NCBI GenBank assembly: GCA_049976845.1
Contig: JBMFHL010000020.1
Span: 1 to 11,866 of the forward strand
Reading direction: 5' to 3'
DNA length: 11,866 nt
Source: Candidatus Micrarchaeia archaeon
GTDB lineage: Archaea > Micrarchaeota > Micrarchaeia > Micrarchaeales > CABMGC01
The notes under the pieces are model-generated. The model made no database searches. It was not told where the DNA came from and saw only the letters and a list, made by a program, of their open reading frames with translations. Below, in pieces: positions 1 to 9,477 of this stretch (within the stretch, counting starts at the first letter, position 1; every line of letters begins with the position of its first letter). The position numbers and the translations under genes are program-made.

Positions 1-373
1 CGCCGTTTTTTAGTATCACTACAGATGCGCCAAATATGTCGGCGTGAAAAAACAAGTCATCATCATTAAAATATTTTGAATTTATGGCGTCGTTTTGCAC
101 GGCGTCTTTTCCGCCTATTGCAAGCATGCCTGTGCTTGTGAAAAACCAGTGGAACTTCTCATACCACTCCTTCTTTCTTATCTTGCTTATCTGCACTGCA
201 CGCTCATTGCTGGCAGACCTTTCTTTAGTCTCGAGTTCCTTCTCAAGCTGCTTTATTGCTTCTGCTGCACCTTGAATTTTTTTCTTCGCCTGCTTAGATT
301 TCAAGAAATAATCGCTGGCGTTCTCCTGCGCAGATTTTGTAAAATCTAGATCTAATTCAGTCTCCATAACCAT
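1..373 (-). CDS. NFACT RNA-binding (DUF814) domain protein, Rqc2/RqcH-like short form; partial, runs off the left edge
   Basis: Not in the ORF track; translated by hand from ATG at 373 (alternative ATG at 367): MVMETELDLDFTKSAQENASDYFLKSKQAKKKIQGAAEAIKQLEKELETKERSASNERAVQISKIRKKEWYEKFHWFFTSTGMLAIGGKDAVQNDAINSKYFNDDDLFFHADIFGASVVILKNG. WYEKFHWF, GGKDAxQND and HADIFGA match NFACT-R motifs; the start overlaps the secE stop (TAATG). Confidence 0.88.
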   Translation of the reverse strand, partial: MVMETELDLDFTKSAQENASDYFLKSKQAKKKIQGAAEAIKQLEKELETKERSASNERAVQISKIRKKEWYEKFHWFFTSTGMLAIGGKDAVQNDAINSKYFNDDDLFFHADIFGASVVILKNG

Positions 374-564
374 TATATTAAAATTCCTATTATCAATGAT
401 ATTATGTAACCCATTGCACCTATTACCAATGTGCCCAACAGCACTATCTTTATTGTCCTCCTGAACTCACTCATGCCTGGCTTATAGCTCACGCTCAGGA
501 CATGCTTTGAGCTCTCAAAAAATTGCTTTATCTTTGGAATGCTGAATGGATTAGATATGTTCAT
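373..564 (-). CDS. secE: Protein translocase subunit SecE / Sec61 gamma
   Basis: 63 aa; HVLSVSYKPGMSEF matches the (R/H)VLxxxxKPxxxEF motif, followed by one C-terminal TM helix; lies directly downstream of ftsZ as is usual in archaea. Confidence 0.93.
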   Translation of the reverse strand: MNISNPFSIPKIKQFFESSKHVLSVSYKPGMSEFRRTIKIVLLGTLVIGAMGYIISLIIGILI

Positions 565-601
565 TGTATTTGCCTCTGCATAAGTATATGCAACCTTTAA
601 T

Positions 602-609
602 TTTTATAA
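602..609 (-). promoter_or_regulatory. Putative TATA box for secE
   Basis: TTATAAAA on the minus strand ~38 nt upstream of the secE ATG. Confidence 0.4.
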
Positions 610-610
610 G

Positions 611-1702
611 TTATTTATTGGTATCTTTCCTTTCTTCAAACATCTCGTCAAGATCTATGTCTTCTTGCTCCTCTATCTTCTTTTTTATGCCGTATTCTGT
701 ATATTCTGCAAATTCGACGCCGCCCATTACTACCATTACCTTTATTGCGCTCTTCTGCATAGATGGGTCTATCCTTGCGCCCCATTTAAGCATGGCGTCG
801 TCGCTTATCCTGCTTGCAACTTCCTGAAAAATAGACTCTGCCTCCCTTAGCGTGAGATCTTCTCCGCCCACTATGTTTACCAGCGCCCTCTTTGCCGTAG
901 ACAAATCAACATCAAGAAGAGGGCTCCTGAGCGTATTTTCTATGGCAACCATCGCCCTGTCCTTAGATTGCGTTGAATTGGCCTCGCCCACGCCGATGAC
1001 TGCATATCCTGAATCCTTGAGCACGCTTCTCAAATCGGCAAAGTCAAGGTTGACCATGCCCGGCTTTGTTACCATCTCTATTATGCCTTTAGTTGCATTT
1101 GCCAGCACCTCGTCGCTTACCCTAAAAGCCATATTAAGTGGCAGGTCTGGAGCAACAGAGAGGAGCTTGTCGTTAGGTATTATTATTGTTGTATCCGTTA
1201 CCCTCTTCAGCCTGGCTAGGCCCTCGAGTGCATTTTTCATCCTGAGCTTGCCTTCGCTAGAGAAAGGTAATGTCACTATTGCGATGCTGAGGGCCCCTAA
1301 TTCTTTTGCTTCGTGCGCTATTATTGGAGCCGATCCTGTGCCTGTGCCGCCGCCTAGACCGCATGTAAGAAATATCAGCTGTGAATCGCTGAGGATGTGC
1401 TTAATCTCGTCCTTGCTCTCCACAGCAGCTTCCTCGCCTACTTTTGGATCGCTGCCTGCGCCTAAACCTCTTGTTACCTTTTTCCCCAATAGAATCTTCC
1501 TTGTTGACTTTGTTTTTGCAAGATGCGGAGCATCTGTATTTGCTGCTACGAGCGTAGCTCCTTCTATATTTATTTCTGCCATTCTTGTTATCGTATTAGA
1601 GCCGCTGCCGCCTGCGCCAACAACATATATTTTCGGCTTAGCTGATTCTATAAATCTCAACAACTCTTCATCGTCTGGAGAGACGCTGCTAATATCAACC
1701 AT
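611..1702 (-). CDS. ftsZ: Cell division protein FtsZ (FtsZ1-type by synteny with secE)
   Basis: VVGAGGSGSN, NTD, GLGAG, tubulin signature GLGGGTGTG and T7 loop VNLDFADL. Confidence 0.98.
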   Translation of the reverse strand: MVDISSVSPDDEELLRFIESAKPKIYVVGAGGSGSNTITRMAEINIEGATLVAANTDAPHLAKTKSTRKILLGKKVTRGLGAGSDPKVGEEAAVESKDEIKHILSDSQLIFLTCGLGGGTGTGSAPIIAHEAKELGALSIAIVTLPFSSEGKLRMKNALEGLARLKRVTDTTIIIPNDKLLSVAPDLPLNMAFRVSDEVLANATKGIIEMVTKPGMVNLDFADLRSVLKDSGYAVIGVGEANSTQSKDRAMVAIENTLRSPLLDVDLSTAKRALVNIVGGEDLTLREAESIFQEVASRISDDAMLKWGARIDPSMQKSAIKVMVVMGGVEFAEYTEYGIKKKIEEQEDIDLDEMFEERKDTNK

Positions 1703-1750
1703 AGTATTACCCTAGTCGCCTTAGTCTTCAATTATTATTACATAAAAAGA

Positions 1751-1759
1751 GATATAAAG
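1751..1759. promoter_or_regulatory. Putative TATA element between divergent ftsZ and dhs
   Basis: GATATAAAG on + (TTTATATC on -) in the 95-bp divergent intergenic region. Confidence 0.4.
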
Positions 1760-1797
1760 CTAATTGGACAATTGAATAGATAAGCGTAGATGATAAA

Positions 1798-2742
1798 ATG
1801 GGAAAAAAAGAGATGCTAAGTAAGATAGTGAAAGATGTCAAGCTCAGCAAGGACATGAAAGTCAAGGATCTTCTTGATAGCATGGACGAAATAGGGGGAT
1901 TTTCTGCACAGCACATGATAACAGGTGCAAAGATAGTAAAGGATATGCTTGAGAACAAGGATTCGTTCAACTTCTTCTCTTTCCCCGCTGATATAATAGC
2001 AACAGGGCTTAGAGGAATGATAGCTGATTCTGTAAAGTATTTTGACGCAATAATGACTACTGGAGGCACGTTGGACCATGATCTCGCCAAAGCGCACGGG
2101 GGCAAATATAGCATTGGCAGCTTTGATGTTGACGATACCGAGCTGCACAAGCTTAACATATACAGGCTTGGGAATCTTTACATAGAGAGAGACGAGTATG
2201 GACTTGCAGTAGAGGAATATTTCACTGAAATAATGAATGACATATACAAATCTCCTGATTATAAAATAGAATACAGTGCAAGCGAGCTTATATACGAATT
2301 CGGAAAGAGGATTAAGGATGAGCACTCAATATTAAGACAAGCATATTTAAACAATGTGAAGGTTTACTGCCCCGGGATTTTGGATGGCGCCTTCGGCACC
2401 CAGCTCAGCCTCTTTGCACAGGACCACAACTTCAAGCTAAACCTCATAAAAGACGAGCTTGAGCTTAGCAATATCGCCTTTGACAACAAGGTGACAGGAG
2501 CATTGATGGTAGGCGGAGGCATAAGCAAGCACCATGTCATATGGTGGAACCAGTTTAAGGGCGGATTAGACTACGCTGTTTACATAACGACTGCAAGCCA
2601 GTACGATGGCAGCCTTTCTGGAGCAAGACTCACGGAAGCGGTTTCGTGGGGCAAAGTTAAAGAGAAGGCAAAATATGTTACTATAGACGGAGATGCTACA
2701 ATAATATTGCCCATAATATTCTCTTACCTTAACCTTGTCTAG
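1798..2742 (+). CDS. dhs: Deoxyhypusine synthase
   Basis: 314 aa; TTGGTLDHD, VGGGISKHH, DGSLSGA and EAVSWGK with the active-site Lys. Confidence 0.96.
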   Translation: MGKKEMLSKIVKDVKLSKDMKVKDLLDSMDEIGGFSAQHMITGAKIVKDMLENKDSFNFFSFPADIIATGLRGMIADSVKYFDAIMTTGGTLDHDLAKAHGGKYSIGSFDVDDTELHKLNIYRLGNLYIERDEYGLAVEEYFTEIMNDIYKSPDYKIEYSASELIYEFGKRIKDEHSILRQAYLNNVKVYCPGILDGAFGTQLSLFAQDHNFKLNLIKDELELSNIAFDNKVTGALMVGGGISKHHVIWWNQFKGGLDYAVYITTASQYDGSLSGARLTEAVSWGKVKEKAKYVTIDGDATIILPIIFSYLNLV

Positions 2743-2763
2743 CTGCTTTACTTTTACGCTTTT

Positions 2764-3249
2764 TTATTTCTTCAGGAAAAGCTGGGCGTTGTGCTTATAG
2801 AAGAGCAGGTATGTCACTATTATGAAGTCCACTATTATTGCAATGTGCATTATGGTGCAATATACGCATATGGACTTTACCACAAACAGCTCCAAGAAGA
2901 CCAGGTAGGGAACAAGTGCAAGCCCAAAAAAACGCCATACGAAAAGGACCCTTAATGACTTGATAGAGACCTTATCGCTTGCGAAGCTTACTAATATTAC
3001 TAAAAGCAGGTTTATTATAAACCATACCGCTGCAAGTGCATCTAGAGGGACACCATAGATATTTGCATAGCTGCTGCCCAATACTTTATAACAATCGAGT
3101 ACAACACCTGTACTCTGCTGATTGCCTAAAGTGCAGAACGGCAGAGGTTGATGCATTATATCATAGAGATAAAGGACTGTCATTGATGACCAGATGCCAA
3201 AGAGTGACATTACTATTAGAATAAAGAATTTAAGATAGCTAAAGCGCAT
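2764..3249 (-). CDS. Vitamin K epoxide reductase (VKOR) family membrane protein
   Basis: About four TM segments, loop cysteines (PFCT...LDCYKVLGSSYANIYGVP) and C-terminal CVYC; GGTGA SD-like motif upstream of ATG. Confidence 0.92.
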   Translation of the reverse strand: MRFSYLKFFILIVMSLFGIWSSMTVLYLYDIMHQPLPFCTLGNQQSTGVVLDCYKVLGSSYANIYGVPLDALAAVWFIINLLLVILVSFASDKVSIKSLRVLFVWRFFGLALVPYLVFLELFVVKSICVYCTIMHIAIIVDFIIVTYLLFYKHNAQLFLKK

Positions 3250-3353
3250 TAGTTCACCGAGCAGAAACCTGAACTTTGCAGACTGTATTTATATTTTACT
3301 GCGCAAGTATTAAAATATTGTGCAGGAGAGGATATTGAGCTGCTGGTGAGTTT

Positions 3354-4805
3354 TTGCAGGAAAGACCCAATATTGTATTTATATTGACGGATACGCTTAG
3401 GGCCGATTTCCTAGATGTTTACAATGGCAGGGTTAAAACAAAGGTAATAAGAGAGATTGCTAAAAAAAGTACAATATACAAAAATGCAATTGCCCCTGGC
3501 ACTTATACTGTGCCCTCGCATGTTTCTTTATTCTTAAACAAGCGCGTCAGGAGCATTAAAAGCCTTACTAAAGACCCGATGAAATATAGCGACAAAAACA
3601 CCGACCCATTTCTTAAAAAATCAGTTTACATAAACAAGAATGAGCTTACGCTTGCAAGGCACCTTGGCATGCTGGGCTATGACACTGCATTATTTTCAAA
3701 CAACCCGTTCCTTTCCCAATCTACTGGACTTGGCGAGGGATTTTCACACATAGAAAACCTGTGGTTCAAGGACAAGATAGATAAGAATAGAAGATCTGTT
3801 AAATTAGTGCTTGAACTTATAGAGAATGAGAAGATAAAAAGAAGCCTTGTGCAACTTACTTACCTGATTTCAAGGGTATTGCCGCAGAGGAGACTTGACA
3901 AGCTATACCTGGACATGCGGATTAGATTAAACAAGCATTTCTCAGAAGAATATGGATTCTACGACCTTGATAAAGGGATTTCTAAGACTACTGAGAGTAT
4001 AAAAAAATATGTGAGAGGCGATGATTCAAAGCGCCCAAAATTTATTTTTGTAAACTATATGGAGCCACACGAAGGATACCCAACAAATTTGGTTAAGGAA
4101 GGATACGTTGAGCAGGACAAATGGCTCTATTTAAGCGGCCTTGCAGGAAGCAACGCCAGAGAGGGATTGGATGCTATAAAGGGCGCCTACTCGAAGAGGA
4201 TAGAATACATGGACAAGAAGCTAGGATCTTTTATAGATATGCTGAAAAGGGAGGGAGTATTAGACAATGCAATAATTATAATTGCCAGCGACCATGGGCA
4301 AGCTTTCATGGAGCATGGGGTTATGTACCATAATATGTTTCCTTATAATGAAATTGCAAATGTGCCGCTTATAACGTCGCGCTTCGTTTCCGGAAAGCAG
4401 ATAGATACCAGTGAAATCGTAGAAAATCCGGTGAGTACAAGGGCATTACATGAATCTATATTAAATGTTGCCTATGGCAAAAATGATGTGATAGATGGCA
4501 CCCTACGAAGAGACAACTTTATCTTCTCAGACCATATAGGGATAACAGAGGTATGGGACAAGTGCCTGCTTGAAAAGCTTAAATACCGCTCTGAATCTGT
4601 AAAGAAAATATACAATGTAAAGAAGTACCACAATACTCAGGCCACTGCAGTGTATTACAAGGATTATAAGCTTATACATTACTTTGGCAGAGGCATTAAA
4701 GACCAATTATTTGACCTCTCTGAGTCAGGTGAAGAGGAGGATGTAACAGATAGTAATAGGAGCATTGCCTACGAGATGCTAAATGCTTCAAAAAGGTATA
4801 GCTAG
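3354..4805 (+). CDS. Sulfatase-like hydrolase/transferase (alkaline phosphatase superfamily)
   Basis: [34 protein letters not shown] and IIASDHGQ metal-binding motifs; TTG start preceded by GGTGA. Confidence 0.88.
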   Translation: MQERPNIVFILTDTLRADFLDVYNGRVKTKVIREIAKKSTIYKNAIAPGTYTVPSHVSLFLNKRVRSIKSLTKDPMKYSDKNTDPFLKKSVYINKNELTLARHLGMLGYDTALFSNNPFLSQSTGLGEGFSHIENLWFKDKIDKNRRSVKLVLELIENEKIKRSLVQLTYLISRVLPQRRLDKLYLDMRIRLNKHFSEEYGFYDLDKGISKTTESIKKYVRGDDSKRPKFIFVNYMEPHEGYPTNLVKEGYVEQDKWLYLSGLAGSNAREGLDAIKGAYSKRIEYMDKKLGSFIDMLKREGVLDNAIIIIASDHGQAFMEHGVMYHNMFPYNEIANVPLITSRFVSGKQIDTSEIVENPVSTRALHESILNVAYGKNDVIDGTLRRDNFIFSDHIGITEVWDKCLLEKLKYRSESVKKIYNVKKYHNTQATAVYYKDYKLIHYFGRGIKDQLFDLSESGEEEDVTDSNRSIAYEMLNASKRYS

Positions 4806-5605
4806 CTTATAGCTGCTTCTACCCTTTTTACATATGCCTGACCGCATATTTTTACAGGAGTATTATTGTCCATTCCACAAATTTCCGCGGTAACTATATT
4901 TGCTTCTCCTATTATCTCTTGGGCAACGGATGAATTTGATTCGCTTAGTTGACTTATTATTTGGGTCCAATTCAAATTTTCTATTATGCTGGGGCCTAAT
5001 TCAGATCCGGCACCTTTTTGTATTGAATTATTATTGTAGTCTATGATAGGTATATTCTCACTCGGATCAAATTTTGACAGTATTGCATTTTCAAGACTAT
5101 TTGGCTGCTGAAGTACAGGATACGATCCGTTCACCTCCTTGTTGGTATATAGTTCTACTGGAATAAAATTAATGTACTTGCTTTCATAAGTAGAATTGTA
5201 AAAAGTGAATGTAGGCAGATTTGGTGGAAAATCTGTAGGAGATGAAGTCATGTATTTTAGCCCTGTGAAATTGCCAAACCTTAAAAGTGCTAAAATAAGG
5301 CTCCACCTCTCGACAGCACAATAAGGGCAGAAATTTGCACCTATATATACTATTGTTGGCTTGCTGCCAATATTTAGTGCAGGTGCGATGACTTTTTGGG
5401 GAAAATTGCTAGAATCACCTATACCGATGAGGCTAAAGGTATTGTTGCTGAGATGCAATGCGTTTATCACGCTTGAATTAACAAGCACATTGTCAAGCAG
5501 TGACAGACTGCTTGTAGCAGCACTTGCGCCTTGAATGTATGCCAATATTATTAGCCCCGCAGCAACCACTATTGTCAATAAAACATATGCATATAGCTTA
5601 TCCAT
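4802..5605 (-). CDS. Membrane-anchored/secreted thioredoxin-fold protein, DUF929-like
   Basis: N-terminal hydrophobic helix; [15 protein letters not shown]...ALLRFGNF and PTFTF resemble DUF929; C-terminal Cys pair; many N-x-S/T sequons. Confidence 0.8.
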   Translation of the reverse strand: MDKLYAYVLLTIVVAAGLIILAYIQGASAATSSLSLLDNVLVNSSVINALHLSNNTFSLIGIGDSSNFPQKVIAPALNIGSKPTIVYIGANFCPYCAVERWSLILALLRFGNFTGLKYMTSSPTDFPPNLPTFTFYNSTYESKYINFIPVELYTNKEVNGSYPVLQQPNSLENAILSKFDPSENIPIIDYNNNSIQKGAGSELGPSIIENLNWTQIISQLSESNSSVAQEIIGEANIVTAEICGMDNNTPVKICGQAYVKRVEAAIS

Positions 5606-5670
5606 CCAATCATTGCTTAGTTATTTTAGATAGAACGAATTTATATTTATATAAGAATCAATAATATATT

Positions 5671-6261
5671 CTAGATTTTTCTGAATAGGTCATACACTGT
5701 TATTATTCCTATTATTCTGCTCTTTTCTGAAACAAGGACGGCACCCCACGCCTCCAGCATCGTTTTTATCATGGAGATTTTTACATTTTTATCTACTTGG
5801 GGAAGTGCCACTTCCATCACCTCGCTTATGCTCGTGCTTCTTGCCTTTCTCGGATTGCTTATATATTCAAGAAGATTTTTCTGGTATATCGTGCCTACAA
5901 CATTCATGCGCTGATTTATCACAGGAAGCTGCGAGAAGTCGTTGGAGCTCATTATCTTAATCGCCTTGCTCATCTTATCTTCAGGTCTCACGTAGATTAT
6001 TTTCTTGTGCATAAGATCATTCGCACTGACAGAGCTTATTGTATTGGCATTGTCGCCTAGATCGTTTAAAGTTGTCACTATTTTTAGTATCATAGAATAG
6101 CTAGGATTTAATTTTTCTATGTCTCTTTCAATTCTTGCTATTGTGCTTTGGCTTACTCCGACGTCCTTTGCAAGCGAGGCTTGGCTAATACCAAGTGATT
6201 TTCTTGCCATCTTTATTCGCCTCGCAATTACATCGAGCGAATCTATCTTAATAATTACCAT
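5671..6261 (-). CDS. Cro/C1-type HTH + CBS-pair transcriptional regulator
   Basis: ARKSLGISQASLAKDVGVSQSTIARIE HTH followed by two CBS repeats (FSQLPV...VVGTI; IIGIITVYDL). Confidence 0.92.
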   Translation of the reverse strand: MVIIKIDSLDVIARRIKMARKSLGISQASLAKDVGVSQSTIARIERDIEKLNPSYSMILKIVTTLNDLGDNANTISSVSANDLMHKKIIYVRPEDKMSKAIKIMSSNDFSQLPVINQRMNVVGTIYQKNLLEYISNPRKARSTSISEVMEVALPQVDKNVKISMIKTMLEAWGAVLVSEKSRIIGIITVYDLFRKI

Positions 6262-6326
6262 TAATAATTTTTATTATATAAATAATTATAAATACTTTTT
6301 TACACATAATAATTTCAGTGGATTAT

Positions 6327-7526
6327 ATGAGGGAGATAACAGTGCGTGAACTTAGGGCGGGGGCCGTTGAAGATGGAGAAATAGAGTATGTAGAAAGGAA
6401 AGGCATTGGACATCCGGACACACTTATAGATGGTATAGTAGAATCTACAAGCATAGAGTTAAGCAAGGAGTATGTCAAGGAATTTGGTATAATACTGCAT
6501 CATAATGTAGATAAGGGCCTTATAATAGGTGGATCATCAAATGTGAAATTTGGAGGAGGAGTAGTAAACAGGAGCATTGAGGTTATAGTGACAGGAAGGG
6601 CTACAGAAGAGTTCCAGGGCAGGAGGATAGATGTAAATGGTATAGCAAAAAGGGTAACTGCCGAGTATTTGAAGAAACACACAAGGTTTTTGGATGTGGA
6701 GAATGAGGTTAAGATTGATTCGAAGATTTTTAGAGGTAGCGCAGATTTGAATGGTGTTTTCATGAGAGGTAGTGGCATGCCTCTTGCAAATGATACCTCT
6801 TTCGGCATGGGTTTCGCGCCTTTTAGCGAAACTGAGAGGCTTACCCTTGAAACGGAGCGGTACTTGAACAGCAGTGCATACAAGGAGAAAATGCCTGCAG
6901 TTGGAGAAGATATTAAGGTTATGGGAATGCGCCGTGGAGACAGAATAAATTTGACGCTCGCAATAGCATTTGTTGCGGGGCAGATAAAAGATATAGAAGA
7001 ATATGAGAGCTACAAGGAAAAAGTTGTGAAGGATGTTATTTTGCATTCAAAGAAAATTACAGACAAAGAGGTAAATATAAAAGTAAATACAGGAGATTCA
7101 ATTGAAAGAGGCGAGGTGTATATAACAAAAACGGGGCTTAGTTGCGAATCTGGAGATGACGGATCTGTAGGCAGAGGTAATCGCGTCAATGGTTTGATAA
7201 CTCCGTTCAGGCGCATGAGCCTTGAAGCTGCAGCTGGCAAAAATCCAGTGAATCATGTTGGAAAAATATACAATGTGCTTGCAACTGCATTATCCCAAAA
7301 TGTAGTGAAGGATTATCCTGAGGTGCGCGAATGCGATATTGCAATACTCTCCGAAATAGGGACGAGAATAGACACTCCTTCAAATCTTGATATTAACCTT
7401 GCGCTTGAGAAAGGAAAAAGTATAGAAAGCATTAGGGGCAAGGTGAATTATATCGCTGAGGGTTGGCTTGAGAGGATAGGTGAACTTACCTCGGAGATAT
7501 CGCTAGGAAAATATACTGTCTTCTAG
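6327..7526 (+). CDS. mat: Archaeal-type S-adenosylmethionine synthetase
   Basis: ERKGIGHPD, HHNVDK, ANDTSFG, GDDGSVGRGNR, EAAAGKNPVNHVGKIYN; ATG at 6327 preferred over GTG at 6318; TTATAAAT box at 6286-6293. Confidence 0.96.
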   Translation: MREITVRELRAGAVEDGEIEYVERKGIGHPDTLIDGIVESTSIELSKEYVKEFGIILHHNVDKGLIIGGSSNVKFGGGVVNRSIEVIVTGRATEEFQGRRIDVNGIAKRVTAEYLKKHTRFLDVENEVKIDSKIFRGSADLNGVFMRGSGMPLANDTSFGMGFAPFSETERLTLETERYLNSSAYKEKMPAVGEDIKVMGMRRGDRINLTLAIAFVAGQIKDIEEYESYKEKVVKDVILHSKKITDKEVNIKVNTGDSIERGEVYITKTGLSCESGDDGSVGRGNRVNGLITPFRRMSLEAAAGKNPVNHVGKIYNVLATALSQNVVKDYPEVRECDIAILSEIGTRIDTPSNLDINLALEKGKSIESIRGKVNYIAEGWLERIGELTSEISLGKYTVF

Positions 7527-7557
7527 CCAAAACAAAAAGGTGCAAGAAAAGAAAAAA
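7527..7557 (-). terminator. Oligo-T terminator downstream of rps10
   Basis: Minus strand reads TTTTTCTTTTCTTGCACCTTTTTGTTTTGG right after the rps10 stop, in a 31-bp gap between convergent genes. Confidence 0.45.
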
Positions 7558-7863
7558 TTAGCTTATGGACATTTCTATCTGCACTGTGTCAGGTACGGGT
7601 ATTCTCATTACCTGCCTCAGAGCCTGCTCACTGCCATCTATTTCAACGAGCCACTTGTGTATGCGCATCTCCCAGTGCTCATATGTGTGACTGCCGCTGC
7701 CACACGGCGTCTTTCTTGTAGTCACGCGGAGAGTCCTGGTTGGCAGGGGCACTGGCCCTTTGTACTTGACATTGACTGCCTTGGCTATTTCTACTATCTG
7801 ATTCGCTATGCTCTTGACGTCTTTTGTATTCCTGCTTATCAACTTTATCCTTGCTACTGGCAT
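7558..7863 (-). CDS. rps10: 30S ribosomal protein S10 (uS10)
   Basis: GPVPLPT, RKTPCGSG and WEMRIHK; follows EF-1alpha. Confidence 0.98.
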   Translation of the reverse strand: MPVARIKLISRNTKDVKSIANQIVEIAKAVNVKYKGPVPLPTRTLRVTTRKTPCGSGSHTYEHWEMRIHKWLVEIDGSEQALRQVMRIPVPDTVQIEMSIS

Positions 7864-7870
7864 TAACAGT

Positions 7871-9139
7871 TCACTCTCTCTTTACTACATCTAGTATTAC
7901 TCCTGCAGCCACTGTCTGACCCATGTCCCTTATTGCAAACCTGCCCAGCTGTGGGAACTCGCTGTATTTCTCAGCAACTATGGGCTTTGTGGGCTTTATC
8001 TTCACTATTGCTACATCGCCATTCTTTATGAAATCAGGATTCTTCTGAAGCGTCTGGCCTGTCTTTGGATCCTTCTTCTCCATAATCTCTGTTATTGTAG
8101 CAGCAACTTGCATTGTGTGGATATGGAATACAGGAGTATAGCCTGCTGCTATTGCTGTAGGGTGGTTTATTACTACTATTTGAGCGGTAAATTCCTGCAC
8201 GACTGTAGGTGGATTGCTTGCTGGCCCAACAACATCACCCCTCTTTATGTCTTTCTTGTCTACGCCTTTTATGTTGAAACCTATGTTGTCTCCAGGCTCA
8301 GCCTTTTGAAGCTGCTGGTGATGCATTTCTATGCTTTTTACATCTGTCTTCACGCCACTTGGCATTATTATTATCATGTCTCCAGGCTTCATTACACCTG
8401 TTTCTACCCTGCCTACTGGCACTGTACCAAATCCTGAGATGCTGTATACATCTTGGATTGGCAGTCTAAGAGGCTTATCTGTTGGTTTTACTGGCACCTT
8501 CAAAGTATCGAGAACTTCCAAGAGGGTAGGTCCACTATACCACTGCATTTTGTCTGACTTTGCACTTATGTTATCACCTGCGAGTGCCGAATAAGGGATC
8601 ACAGGTATTGCAGACGTATCGTAGCCTACTGTCTTGAGCAGGTTTAGTATTGAAAGTTTGACTTCTTCGAACTTTGCCTTGTCATAGTTTGCAGCATCCA
8701 TTTTGTTTATGCCCACTATGAGCTGGTTTATACCGAGAACTTTGGCAAGGAATGCATGCTCCCTTGTTTGTGATTGTATGCCATCTGGACAAGAGATTAC
8801 TAGCACTGCGGCATCTGCCTGGCTTGCGCCAGTTATCATGTTCTTTACGAAGTCCCTGTGACCAGGTGCATCTATTATTGTGAAGTAGTACTTAGGAGTC
8901 TGGAACTCTTTGTGCGCGATATCTATAGTTATTCCACGCTCACGCTCTTCCTTGAGCTGATCCATTACAAAAGCAAACTCGAAAGTAGGCTTGTTGTATT
9001 TTGCAGCCTCATCCCTCATCTTCTTCATGTCCTGCTCACTTATTGACTTTGTCTCATAGAGCAGCCTTCCTACTGTTGTTGACTTTCCGTGGTCTATGTG
9101 TCCTATAAAAATTAAATTCATGTGTGGTTTTTCTGCCAT
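7871..9139 (-). CDS. tuf: Translation elongation factor EF-1alpha
   Basis: [26 protein letters not shown] and [12 protein letters not shown] at 9139 (MAEKPH) with AGGTG upstream is preferred over the 9148 start. Confidence 0.98.
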   Translation of the reverse strand: MAEKPHMNLIFIGHIDHGKSTTVGRLLYETKSISEQDMKKMRDEAAKYNKPTFEFAFVMDQLKEERERGITIDIAHKEFQTPKYYFTIIDAPGHRDFVKNMITGASQADAAVLVISCPDGIQSQTREHAFLAKVLGINQLIVGINKMDAANYDKAKFEEVKLSILNLLKTVGYDTSAIPVIPYSALAGDNISAKSDKMQWYSGPTLLEVLDTLKVPVKPTDKPLRLPIQDVYSISGFGTVPVGRVETGVMKPGDMIIIMPSGVKTDVKSIEMHHQQLQKAEPGDNIGFNIKGVDKKDIKRGDVVGPASNPPTVVQEFTAQIVVINHPTAIAAGYTPVFHIHTMQVAATITEIMEKKDPKTGQTLQKNPDFIKNGDVAIVKIKPTKPIVAEKYSEFPQLGRFAIRDMGQTVAAGVILDVVKRE

Positions 9140-9225
9140 TTCATACACCTTGTTTTTTTAAGCGTTAATTGGATTGCGACGAGAAAAAATGCCCCCGAAG
9201 CATCACTAATATATGATGGTAACAG

Positions 9226-9233
9226 TATTTAAA
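9226..9233 (-). promoter_or_regulatory. Putative TATA box of the tuf-rps10 unit
   Basis: TTTAAATA preceded by purine-rich ATAAAG on the minus strand, ~87 nt upstream of the ATG. Confidence 0.5.
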
Positions 9234-9443
9234 CTTTATGGAAAAACAGGCGTTGTTTATTTAGTCTGACTTTATCAACATTTTAAATATTTTATCAGCA
9301 AAATTCGGCTTTTCAACAAAGCTGGAAAGATGGTTGTTTATTAAGTTGCAATAATGAGTAAAAGCATCCTTCGCTTTTGCAGCTTGTTTTTCGTATTGCT
9401 ATCGTGCATGGCTAAAGCTAGCTTAGAATTTTTATAAAAATAA

Positions 9444-9477
9444 ATGTAGTCTTGAGGATTATTGCGAGATCCGCATT
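9444..9477 (-). other. 3' arm of the pre-16S processing stem (BHB)
   Basis: 9444-9458 ATGTAGTCTTGAGGA is the exact reverse complement of 11551-11565. RNA reads AAUGCGGAUCUC-GCAA-UAA-UCCUCAAGACUACAU. Confidence 0.85.

Noticed and set aside
84..349. Plus-strand ORFs 84-275 and 95-349
   Set aside because: Antisense shadows of the NFACT-R gene.
564..2325. ORFs 564-827, 665-850, 852-1715, 1728-2159 and 1816-2325
   Set aside because: Antisense shadows of ftsZ and dhs with no recognisable motifs.
7527..7557. tRNA-Ser, often found after tuf-rps10
   Set aside because: The gap is only 31 bp and consists of T-tracts.
9240..9440. Possible tRNA, ncRNA or small ORF between 16S and tuf
   Set aside because: AT-rich, only short 5-6 bp hairpins, no cloverleaf or T-loop motif, and only a ~22-codon minus-strand ORF.
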